DNA of 63,073 bases, filler included, from Bilabrum cf. latius (taxonomy: Eukaryota): NCBI GenBank assembly GCA_965178125.1. It is 2 parts of 2 records of this genome, joined end to end, with 100 filler letters (N's around TTAATTAATTAA, not from the genome) between each part and the next. Parts side by side here need not be neighbours in the genome. Positions count along the whole stretch, not along the records: positions 31,714 to 63,073 come from CBCXTV010000016.1; 1 more part is not named here. One strand, written 5' to 3'. Numbering within the stretch: position 1 is the first letter of the stretch; every line of letters begins with the position of its first letter. Positions 38,395-48,521 of the stretch are shown piece after piece. The position numbers and the translations under genes are program-made. Below the pieces are notes generated by a model. The model was not told the DNA's origin. It saw only the letters and a program-made list of their open reading frames with translations, and made no database searches.

Positions 38395-38493
38395 GCGGCC
38401 GGAAAACGGCCGCAAAAAATAGAGGAAAAAAAGGGGACCCAACAGTCGGGTCCCCCATTTTTGCCCCCGGTTTTGGTGCCGTTTTCCGGCCGC
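38395..38493. repeat. TIR-TIR junction between adjacent B copies
   Basis: GCGGCCGGAAAACGGC...GGGGACCC-AA-CAG-TC-GGGTCCCC...GCCGTTTTCCGGCCGC, exactly symmetric about 38444. Confidence 0.72.
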
Positions 38494-38820
38494 GAAATGG
38501 TGGCCGTATTCTGGGCCCAATTTCGCGTCCGCCAGGTGGACGCGTTTTGCGGTCCTCCCTGTGGGTCTGTGCCTCGTCATGGTAAACGAGGGGCGTCTGA
38601 GGCAGTCTGCGTTATCCGTGTCGGTGCCCTGTGGCACAAGTCCGTCACAGGAGAGCGCGCCAAATTGTTGTCTAGCACCCGCCGTGCTGGCGTGCGGTTT
38701 TGCGGTCCTGGTGTGTCCTGTAGGGTGCGGGCATTTGTGTAGACCTGTGGTCTGTGTATGACATTGTTGCGGAAGCGAGGGCGGGAAAAATATTTTTATC
38801 TCATAGTTTCTTCTCTTTTG

Positions 38821-38845
38821 CGTGCGCCCATGGTAAGCTGCCGGT
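38821..38845 (+). promoter_or_regulatory. Dispersed conserved motif (CGC)CGTGCGCCC-N4-5-(G)AGCTGCCGGT, 7 per B unit
   Basis: Copies at 36936, 38821, 40136, 42067, 43393, 43537 and 48217, plus equivalents in the next unit. All are on + and intergenic. A regulatory role is inferred. Confidence 0.55.
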
Positions 38846-39061
38846 CCTTGATATGCGATTTTCAGGACAATACGGAGATTGGCCATGTCATTGTCCCATG
38901 TCTGCGTGGAACAGCATGAGCGTATCATGGCATTGTTTTCTCGCATGCATCTTTTCCAAGTGATCATTCATTCCTCTCCGAAATGTTGGTGCTCGCATTC
39001 AGACGTCGTTTGATTGCGTCTTTTTGTCGCCCCATCCCGAGTTTCCTCTTCATCCGTGGGT

Positions 39062-39511
39062 ATGGCGTGGTATGGAAGTGCTTCGCCCATTTCTCCGGCT
39101 GATGAAGCGGAAGAGGTGGTGGACATGCCGGCGTCCTCAAGCGCTGCTGGCGAAAAGGTGAGCGACCCGTCCGCATGGGTGCGCTCATATATGCGCTCGT
39201 GTGAAGCGCAGTACAGGAGATGGGTGCAGTCGCTCCACGACTCGAGGGACGAGGGCGTGAAATATCAGTGGTGGACAGACGCTGAGTTTCGCAAAGCCGG
39301 CGTACCGCCGCGGTTGCCGTGTGAGAGCCCTGCCTTCGGGACGGAGAAAGGGTTGCCATGGATTGTTTTCCATAAGCACCCTGATCTGGTGCCCATCGGC
39401 CACGCCGAGTGGCAAGAATTCAATCGGCGCATTCGGTGGCTCGGATGTACGCCGACCCAGGGCGTCGAACTCCGACGTCGTGCTCGCGAAGTCGGTGTCA
39501 AATGGCCGTAA
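39062..39511 (+). CDS. ORF-X (B copy)
   Basis: Homologous to A 3854-4384; first gene after the terminus in both elements. Confidence 0.8.
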   Translation: MAWYGSASPISPADEAEEVVDMPASSSAAGEKVSDPSAWVRSYMRSCEAQYRRWVQSLHDSRDEGVKYQWWTDAEFRKAGVPPRLPCESPAFGTEKGLPWIVFHKHPDLVPIGHAEWQEFNRRIRWLGCTPTQGVELRRRAREVGVKWP

Positions 39512-40540
39512 AACGCCATGACGCCTTTGTGTTCGTGACGACCGGCATGAAACAGACAGTGCCGGGCAACGCGAACTTTGTTTTGTATAGCTTGTTTTTT
39601 CAATGTATAGTGCGTGCTTGTGTCCCGCAACAAACCTTGAGCATCCGTTGTCATTGCGGTTCGGATGGAAAGATCCGTTGCCGGAGTCTGATGATGCTTA
39701 CGCAGGGCTTGTCGGACAACATGTCTGTGCAGAAGGCAATTTCATATGTTTACTCGCTCTGTCAGAATTTGGTCTTGGTGATTGTCACACGAAAAGAATT
39801 GACCGGCCGCGACCATACCGTGTGTGTGTGTGTGAAAGTGTTATCATTTTTTTGATCGATCCACCAATGTGGCTAGTCTCATTTCTCGGAAGCAGTCCAT
39901 TCGGATTTGCATGAGTTCCGTGCACGACACTGCATTGGCTGTTTTTTTCCGTCACCTTTCGTAGCCGATCACATGCTTGTGCCATCAGGGAGTCGGACGG
40001 GCAAGTGTGTCTGCATCTGTGGCGCATGTGAAAAGAAGCGCAAAGCGCGATGGAGAATGTCATTAACAATGCCTTCCTGCATTGGTATGTGAATGTTCGA
40101 GAAAGGGACTGATCATTGTTTTCTTTTTCATGTCTCGCCGTGCGCCCAAGGAGAGCTGCCGGTGGAAACAAGTTGTGCTTTCATCACGTCTTTTTTTTGC
40201 GGAGGTGCACATGGTGATGGAAACTTGCAGCTCTGATCTTCTTCCAATCTTGGTCATGCTCGTCACAGCGGTAGCATTCATTGGTACAGGCATGGTGTTT
40301 TCGCAGCAAGTGCGAGAGTGATGTTGCAGGTCACTTCCCTATGAGAAACGGGCGTTCACGCGGGGACGCTAATGAGCAGGCGGCACGGTGGACCTTCGGA
40401 GAGGCGAACAGTCGGGCGAGCGGACGGGCGGTCTTCGGGCCTAGAACCGAGCGTGAGTTATATGTGTTTCGCATGATTTTTTTCAGCGAGTGTCAGAGCG
40501 TCCCGAAACGATCCGCGCGCAATAAACCCGCGAGCGTATC

Positions 40541-41191
40541 ATGGCTTCTCGGTCGTGCGCGATTGAGGGATGCTCGAACGTCGCTGCGGTCCGCTGCTTG
40601 GCTGTCGGCGGACCTTACTGTGGGGCGCACTGCAGTTGTGAGGGACACAGCCATCGACTCTCGCGCCCCGGCGCGCGTCGTGGAGAGGGGTCACAACTCA
40701 GGCGCTCCTTGCATGGAATTCGGTATGAGGCGCTTTGGGAACTCCGTGATTGCGGCACGTATTTGGTGTATGATGAGAAGATGTTGTGCCTCGCGTACAA
40801 CATCGAATCTGTCACTGGTGCGATGAAGTTCGTGATTGCGGTGTTTGCGGCGCGTCTTGCATGGGACACGTTGCCCACGGAGCATCGCGCATGTGTCGCG
40901 GTGGCTTGGACAACGTTGTCCGAAGCGCTGGGGGCGACTCGAAGGGGTCGCATGCTCGAGAGTTTGCGGTCATCTATGAATGCCGCAGACGTTGCTGACG
41001 TCGGGATGCGAGTTGCCCGCATGTGGGCGCGGGCGTTGACTCCGATCTCGTCGTTGTCAGCGAGCTCGAGCGCGGCCTCCTCGTCGCGCGAGCGCACGCC
41101 GCCACCACTTCGGTCGTCGAGTGTTGCAGCAGCGATGGCGGAGGTAATATCGGCATGCGTACTTGTAGCGGGGACACGGCATGGCTTTTAG
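40541..41191 (+). CDS. Hypothetical protein with N-terminal Cys/His cluster (putative Zn finger)
   Basis: CAIEGC...RC..GGPYCGAHCSCEGH followed by a helical region. ATG start downstream of the conserved motif. Confidence 0.5.
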   Translation: MASRSCAIEGCSNVAAVRCLAVGGPYCGAHCSCEGHSHRLSRPGARRGEGSQLRRSLHGIRYEALWELRDCGTYLVYDEKMLCLAYNIESVTGAMKFVIAVFAARLAWDTLPTEHRACVAVAWTTLSEALGATRRGRMLESLRSSMNAADVADVGMRVARMWARALTPISSLSASSSAASSSRERTPPPLRSSSVAAAMAEVISACVLVAGTRHGF

Positions 41192-41331
41192 GAACATTGC
41201 AGTCATTCGTTTGAGTGATCTGGGTACTTTCCTCGAGCATTTTTCTTGGCCTTTTCATACGAGCGTGGAGTTTTTCTGAGGAGGCATCCACCGCGCAACA
41301 GTTTCCTTATGACAGGGAATGTCTGACATTT

Positions 41332-42035
41332 CCGGGCGGGTGGGCGGCCCGGAGTGCGGGCGCGCGGGCGGGCCTGTTCGCGGGCAGGCGGGCGGAGGAC
41401 GGGCGGGCGGGCGGGCAGGCGGGCGGGCGGGCGAGTGGTCGGGCGAGCGATCGGGTGGGTGCGCGGGCGATCGGGCGGGCGGGGGAGCGGGCAGAAAGCC
41501 GAGGGGCTATCCGGTGGAGCTGTTGGGCCGGCGAGCCCGCGGGTCGCCACGCGTACGCGCGTGGGCGCGCGCGGGTGTGCGCAAGCAGGCGAGCGCGCGC
41601 ACGCGTGGGCAGGCAGGCTCGCGGGCGGACGGGTCGGCTGGCTGTCGGACGGGCGGACGGACGGGCGGCCGGGTGGGCGGGAGCGAGCGTGCGCGAGTGG
41701 ATTGGTGTAGGCGGGCGGGCGCGCGGGCTAGCCAGCGGGTTCGCGAGCGGGCGGGCCACGGGCGGACGGAGGCGCGAGCGGGCAAACCGGCCAACGGGCC
41801 TGAGGGCCGGCGAGCGGGCTGGCGGGTGGGCGCCCGGGCGGGCCGGTGGGCGGGCCTCTGGGCGGACGCACGGTCGAGTGGGCGGGCAGGCGTGCGGGCA
41901 ATTGGGTGAAAGGGCGGGCGGGTGCACGCGGGTGGGCGGACGAAAGGGCGAGCGGGCGAGCGGTCGTACGGGCGGGCGGGCGGGCAGACGGGCGGACGGG
42001 CGAGCGGGCGGGCGCGCGGGCGGGTCGCCACGGGC
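41332..42035 (+). repeat. Strand-asymmetric (GGGC)n low-complexity tract
   Basis: Degenerate GGGC/GGAC repeats; also at 37750-37870 and 43636-44000, and in the next unit. Confidence 0.85.
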
Positions 42036-42217
42036 GGAGTGTATCCATTCAGTGGTCTTTTTTTTCCGCCGTGCGCCCTCGTGAGCTGCCGGTGTTTTGT
42101 CCAGAAATATGAATCTGAACGCGGGAAGGACCGAGCATTTTTTCTTCTTGGATTCATACCCAGGTCTCCAGCGCCTCTATATACAAAACATGGCTTGGGC
42201 CTTGGAAAGAAAAGGTG

Positions 42218-43324
42218 ATGGCGACAAGCAGCGTCGACCAGGCGTCGATCACGGAGGCGGTCGCGAGGGCGGACATTCCGGCAGAGCTGGTCTCCGAGGC
42301 GGAGATAGCGAACGCGCCGGAAATGCCCGCCGCAACGGCAAGCCGGGTGACGACTGAGAGCGGCACGACCCTAGGCGCCTATCTCATGGTCGATGAATTG
42401 CCGTCATACGCACGGCGTTTTAAGGGCATGCCTGGCGACGTTCCGCCGTGGCCGCCCACGGCCCAGAGGCCAGCCGGGCCCCTAGCTTGGCGAGGCGGTA
42501 TGGGCCGTTTCATGTGGGACGGCGTGGAGAACGCGCCGGCCCCGCACATCCGGCGGTGGCGCGGAACTAATCCAGTCATCGCTCTGGATGCTGGTCGGAC
42601 CCGAAGCTTCACTCGTTGGGTCGCCGCAGGCGGTTCGATAGGGCGACGCGACGCCCGACCGATTACAGCGGTCCATACCTTGTGGGAATGGATCGCGACC
42701 CGACCGCGGTTGGTGAATGGCATTCTTCGCGGTGCCATAGACCGCCCGGAGGGTTCTTTTTCTCCCCTCGGTTTCTATGTGCGATTCGATTTGCCCGCGG
42801 CAGACAGGATCGCCACGGATTTCGACGAGACCCGGTTCCGAACGAGCTTCCATGGTACAGCGCTGGAAGTACTTCACCGCATTGTTTTTGGCGGTCTCGC
42901 GACCGGGTGGGCTCGGAATTTTGAGGCCGGGCGGGAGTTGCAGGGAATTTATACATTCGCGCCTCAACGTGCGCATCTTTTGTCGTCGTATATATTGTAC
43001 AGTGCCCTCGACGACTCGGGGTGGTTGTATGGTCCTTTTTTAGAGGTCCGCAGTCCACACGATGATCCGCAAAAGCGGAAAACCGTCCTGCGCCGATCAG
43101 GCGGAGGGGACCGCCACCAGTGGATCTCCTACCCCGATAGCACTTTTCCCACGCATGTCTGGGTGCACATTGTGCACGTGTCAACGCTGTACTTGCATCC
43201 CGCAGACGCGGGTGTGTCTCTGTACGCGGAACCGGCATTCCAGCATTCGCTGGAAGTACACCCAGACGCAAGCTGGGAATACCTTTTGCATGCGAGTAGG
43301 CAGGCAGCGGACGTGGTTGTCTAA
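42218..43324 (+). CDS. Putative ADP-ribosyltransferase (PARP-like H-Y fold) cargo protein
   Basis: SFHGT-x6-RIVFGGL...QGIYTF...SSY...LEV...HQW pattern matches the ART/PARP catalytic scaffold. Intact and identical in both copies. Confidence 0.6.
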   Translation: MATSSVDQASITEAVARADIPAELVSEAEIANAPEMPAATASRVTTESGTTLGAYLMVDELPSYARRFKGMPGDVPPWPPTAQRPAGPLAWRGGMGRFMWDGVENAPAPHIRRWRGTNPVIALDAGRTRSFTRWVAAGGSIGRRDARPITAVHTLWEWIATRPRLVNGILRGAIDRPEGSFSPLGFYVRFDLPAADRIATDFDETRFRTSFHGTALEVLHRIVFGGLATGWARNFEAGRELQGIYTFAPQRAHLLSSYILYSALDDSGWLYGPFLEVRSPHDDPQKRKTVLRRSGGGDRHQWISYPDSTFPTHVWVHIVHVSTLYLHPADAGVSLYAEPAFQHSLEVHPDASWEYLLHASRQAADVVV

Positions 43325-44510
43325 GAAGGATACGTGTCCTCTGCTGCGATGGAATGCGATGGACTGTGATCGCGTGCATGGAAAATCCACATCGCCGTGC
43401 GCCCACGTGAGCTGCCGGTGTACCCTTGGCATGTCTCACTTGGTCAATGTTATGATGACGACATGCAGGAAATGGTGAAAGCGCGTGACGCTTCACTAGC
43501 ACGAGCTCATGCCCACGCTTCCATCTAGAGACACATCGCCGTGCGCCCACGTGAGCTGCCGGTGTCGCGTTTGCATGTGTGAGTTGCTCAATTTTCTCAT
43601 GATGGAATTCATCACAGTAAGAATTGGCATGCGACTGGGCAGGTGAGCGGGGAGCCGAGCGGGCGGGCGGACGGGCGGACGGGCCAGCGGGTGGACGGGA
43701 GGGCGGGCTAGCGGGCGGGCGGGCGGGCGGACGGCGGGGCGGACGGGCCGGTGCGCGGGCGAACGGACGGGCTTGCAGGCGGGCGGGCGGGCGCGCGAGC
43801 TGATGGACGGAATGACACGCGGGTGGGCGGGAGGGCGGGCGGGCAGGTGGGCGGGCGGGCGAGCGGGGGGGCGGGCGGGCGGACGAGCTCATGTGCGGGT
43901 AGACCAAGGGCGAACGGGAGAACGGGCGGGCGGGCAGGAGGGCCGGCGGGCGGGCGGGCGGGTGGACTTGCGGACGAGCGGGTGGGCGGGAACCAGCGGA
44001 CGCAGACTCTTTTGCAGAACGGAGTCGTTCCTTGTTCTCGTGGATTTTTGGTTGTATGATGGCGACCCCAGGCACATTCCACGAAGAAGTCGAAGCAGGA
44101 AAAGCCCAAGGTAGAGGGCGGAAGTTCACCATGGCTGAGTCCGCAATCGCGGGGAAAGGGAATCCCAAGTTCTATGATGCCGCGATTACCTAGGCCAAAC
44201 GCTTATTCCGGAAATGATCTGGGGCACGTTGGAAAAAGGGCCACAGGAGAGCAGGACTCAACATACGAGATCCGTGAAAAAAGGGCTGTACCAAAACCCC
44301 GCCGAGCATGCAGCGAAACTTGATGACGACGACGCAAATGACGAACTGTGGTTAGCGCACCCCGCAACACGAGAACCACGCACTGCAAGCGCATCCGCCA
44401 GTGCACACTTCCCTACAGGGACCTGTAACACGGCACGAAAGCCCCCCGACAGCGGCATCTTGTCTGCAGCCCTTTTCGCGAGCCGCCTCTGAAAAGCTGA
44501 GGCCCGAACG

Positions 44511-46495
44511 ATGAAAAGGTCCGCCATCACCGACGCACGTGCGCGCCGCAATGACCTCACGGATGCTTTACGCAAAATGCGGAGCGAAATCCGGGCGGAA
44601 GAGCGACGCGATGCCGAGCGTACCGCAGACACGGCGAGCGATGTTGAGGTGACCGACAAGAACTGCACACCTCGATATCGAGACACCGCGATCGTGATTT
44701 ACATGCGTGTCCCAGACAGCGGGAAGGCAGCGCAAACCTTCCTGGAAGTATCCCTCGGGCGGAAATTGGGCGTGCCCGTCAACGCGGCGAAGTTCATGAA
44801 CGTGGTGCGAGAGAAAAGTACCGCAACAAACATGAACAACGAGGCCACGACGGGATGGTGGAATCGACGACAAAGCGACGCCGAGAAGTATCTGCGCGAA
44901 AAAGATCTGGTGCAATGGATCGATGAGCAGAACCGGGGACGCGGTCTCGCGCCGAGTACTCGGACCGTCTACACACAACGCACGCGCGCTTCGGCATGCG
45001 AAAGTGTGGCCACTGCCGCTCACGACGTCCCATTGCATGCAGCGCTCCCCCCGCGAAGGAAAAAATGGATGCGTGGCTTTATGCGTCGATGGGCGCTACG
45101 CCGCGGCACGCTCCCCTCCGGGACGGGCACGACGACGGAGGAGGCGGCACGGAAGGTTCCGGCAGGAAAGAGCCCCACATTTGCCCCACCGGCGGCTCCC
45201 AAAAAATCGCCCCCCGGGCCACTTTTGCGGGCCCAGTTTGGCGGCCAGAAAATGGCCACGATTTGGGGCCCACGCATTCATTCCACCACATGGGGGGTGG
45301 CCGGATTCCGGCCGCAGAATCGGGCCCGCCAAATCGTCCCACAGACCACCGCGTTCCCGGCAAACACGAGGCAACGGCCATGTGGAAGTGGGCGAATTTT
45401 TTGGAGCACACCGTGCCGCACAACAAAACGACCGTCTTCCTCAATTTCGACGAGAGTTCGTGCCGCCTGTGGACACCGCCGAAGCCAGGTTTACTGAGTG
45501 CCCGAACACACCTCGAAGTCAGGCGCGGCCGCGTGCCGCGACAGGTGGCATCCCTCAAGAATAAGCGCACGGCTTTCTCTCTTCTCGCTTTCCTTGCAGA
45601 CAATGTGGAGATACAGAAAGCATTGCCGCAAATTCTCTTGGTGAATTCGCACACCATTTCCGCCGCTGATACGACGTGGCTCCGCGAACAAACACGGAAT
45701 TCAGGAGTTACTGTAGAGCGGCGGAAAACCGCGTGGTTGAAAGGCCCAGAACTCGGTCGCGTTCTGCGACTCGCAGGCCGCGCGTTAGAGCCATGGAAGG
45801 CGTCGCACAAATTCATTCTCGCACTCGATGCCTGCCCGACGCATTGGACAGCGAGCGTCGCACGCGCAGCCGCGGAGAGCGATATCAGAATTGTGTTCGT
45901 GCCACCATGCACGACGTCCTTCCTGCAACCACTGGATGTGCACGTCTTTCACCATTTGAAACGCGCTGCGAGAAATGGTCTCGAAGAGCTGTACATAAAA
46001 CAGCCAGTGGGGCCAATTCCGAGCAGAGATGTCGTGCGCATGTGGGCCAAAGCCACGCGGGAAGTTTTGCAGGCGCGGTGCTGGAAATTCGCGTTTCTCT
46101 CTTGTGGCTTCGGGCAAGGTCAGGAGCACCTCGGCACCCGATGCAGAGCTCGCACCGGCCTGGAAGCACCCCCAACTGTAGGACACGAGCTCCCATCGCT
46201 GGAGGAGCTCCAACTTTGTACAACAGCACGGGCACGGTTGCCGCTCGGGTGGTGGTTCCATTTGCCCGTGCGCGCGGAACGCGAAAATGCCCTTCCGGCA
46301 GCTTTTTCAGCTCTAGCGCGTCCCGAGACCGCAGCGCCAGAACTCGCCGCCCCAGACGGGGCCGCGGGCGACGCAAGCGCCTTTCGCTCGGAAGCGCCGA
46401 CATGTCCGAGCGCAGCGAGGCCGCAAGCGACGACGAGCGCGCCATCGAGGCTGCCGAGAGCGCGCCGGCTCTGGCCGGCGACGCGAAGGCCGTAG
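44511..46495 (+). CDS. pogo-like DD35D transposase; exons 44511-45155 and 45371-46495 (~589 aa)
   Basis: NFDES, LALDACPTH and FLQPLDVH with DD35D spacing. GT-AG intron 45156-45370 (AAG|GT...AG|G) joins EEAARK to ATAMWKW in frame. Confidence 0.9.
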
Positions 46496-46836
46496 CAGAA
46501 GAAAGGCAGCTTGACGACGCAGTCGCTGCGACAACGGCCGCTCCCGGAGGCGCGCCGCCGAAGCCGCTCTCGACGAAAATCGACGAGCTGCGGGCGAAAC
46601 AGGCGGCAATGACAGCCGAGCGAAAGCGGGTGACAAAAGACCTCCGCAACCACGAAAAGCGACGTCGCCGTTTGAAAGCAAACGCACGTCGTCTGAGCAA
46701 CGACGACCTCGCCGAGGTCATGCTCATGCGCGAGGCAAGTCGCCCGGACGCCGAGAGCGAAAAGGCCGGCGACGCAGCGTCGTCATCCGCCTCCGCGAAA
46801 AAGCCGAAAAAGAAGTCGTCCGCGAAGGAGGCGTGA
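46402..46836 (+). CDS. Small basic coiled-coil protein (B copy 2)
   Basis: 144 aa, overlapping the transposase stop in another frame; homolog present in A. Confidence 0.8.
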   Translation: MSERSEAASDDERAIEAAESAPALAGDAKAVAEERQLDDAVAATTAAPGGAPPKPLSTKIDELRAKQAAMTAERKRVTKDLRNHEKRRRRLKANARRLSNDDLAEVMLMREASRPDAESEKAGDAASSSASAKKPKKKSSAKEA

Positions 46837-47472
46837 AGGCGCGCCACGCAAGCATCATATGACGACATAGTTCATGGAAGTGTTGTGGTTTGACAGGTGA
46901 ATCGGAAGCATGCTATCCCGTGTGAATTTGGGTTCATTGCGCATCATGACATGGATGACTCTCAGGCGAAAGAATTGCGGCGAAAGAGACGCGCTACTGC
47001 ATGAAGACCACCGGCTGACAAAAGGAGACCAGCAGACGCACCAGAGCGACACGAGAAACAAAATCGGCGAAGAGTGAAACGTCCATAAACCAGGGAGAGG
47101 AGAGAAAAACAGGCCACATCAGCCAGAATCGGAAGAAATTGGCCAGAACCGACCGAAGTCCATAAGACATCGCATTCGTAGATCTGCATCCCCCAAAATC
47201 GTTGCAAACCACCCCTTCCCGCCGACATCGGACCAGATTTGACGAAAAACGTGCGAAAATGCATAGGAGGAGAGGGGGAATGTGGGGCGGGAATGGACGG
47301 AAATCGCGAAAATCCCCAAAAAAACCAGGAACATCGGCCCAGATGAGGTCAAAACTGTGCAAATTACCACAAAAATACCCCCCCAAATCCAGAGAAATCG
47401 CGAAAATCTTAGAAAAAATGGGGAAATTGGGCTAAATTCTGTGGAACAATTGCCCAAAACGAGGCGAAATGT

Positions 47473-47629
47473 GGCCGAAGCGTGGAAATCTCCCTAGCGC
47501 TTCGGCCCTAAATGGTCCAAACCTAGTGTAAAATGAAGAAAAAAAGGGGGCCGAAGCGCCGAAGCGCTGGAAAGCGCTTTAAATATTTAAAAGCCTTTCC
47601 CAGCGCTTCTGCTTCGCCCCCCCTTTTTT
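47473..47629. other. Putative origin of B: overlapping hairpins with GCCGAAGCG iteron-like repeats
   Basis: Hairpin 47540-47629 is centred on TTTAAATATTTAAA. An alternative 12-bp stem GCGCTTCGGCCC/GGGCCGAAGCGC also forms. Same position as the TAATATTAC hairpin in A. Confidence 0.6.
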
Positions 47630-48521
47630 AAGGGAAAATTGACCTCCAGAAAAGCAGAGGCCCAAACCAGGCAAAACCGAAAAGAAATGCCTCCAAAAAA
47701 CGTGCGCGAGAAGCACGCATCGGAAAAAACAACCACTGAAAACAAGTGCCGGCCATACAATCATTAAGGGGTCCCCGTGTTGTGGATGTGGGCGCTTGCA
47801 TCGTGATGGGAGAATATCGTGGGATCGTTTGTAGTCTGTTAAGGTGTTTGCGGGAAGGAAACGAGGTCGAAAAGGAGACCTAGGTATAGGGAAGCAGGGA
47901 CCCAGGGGAAAGCATGCCATGTGTCGGAAAGTGGATGAAAGAGCGTGTGACGGGCACGTGGAATCGACTTGGATCCGGCAGTGGGAATCACTCGTTCTAT
48001 GTCGGGAGACGTGAGGTTCCGGTGCACATCGTTGGAAAAGGCGAGGGCGTGAGGTGAGGGTAGAGGTATAAAGAAAATCCTGGTGAGGCCGTTCGAGTCT
48101 GCGCTTCGAGGAGAAGCGAAAGGCATTTGAGGGAATTTCGGACGCGAGGTGTTCTGAATGGTTGCACGTGTGGGATGCATCATGTAGGAACAGGAATGTG
48201 AATTCGTCTGGCTTTTCGCCGTGCGCCCGTTGAGAGCTGCCGGTGTTTCCTTTTTCGGCATGTCCTTTTTGTCGTGTGTTCCATTGACATCACGGGGTGC
48301 ATACGGTAGCCTTGCGTCGCTTCACACCGCAGGAATCTGTGGAGTTCCCGGTGTCAATGCTCTCCATGTTCCCCTCAGCATGGTCACATTCGACATGGGG
48401 TCCTCTGCACAGTCCATGTGCGAGCACTCGGCGTCATGCTCTGAATCATCGTCGCCTCGTTTGCATTTTTTTCTGTCGGAGTTGCCCAAGTGCCGAGCGG
48501 ATTGTGACGCTTCGGAGTGCG

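Noticed and set aside
41215-44168. Long Arg/Gly/Pro/Ala ORFs (e.g. 41215-42084, 42663-44168)
   Set aside because: These arise from stop-free (GGGC)n tracts or are antisense shadows of the ART gene.
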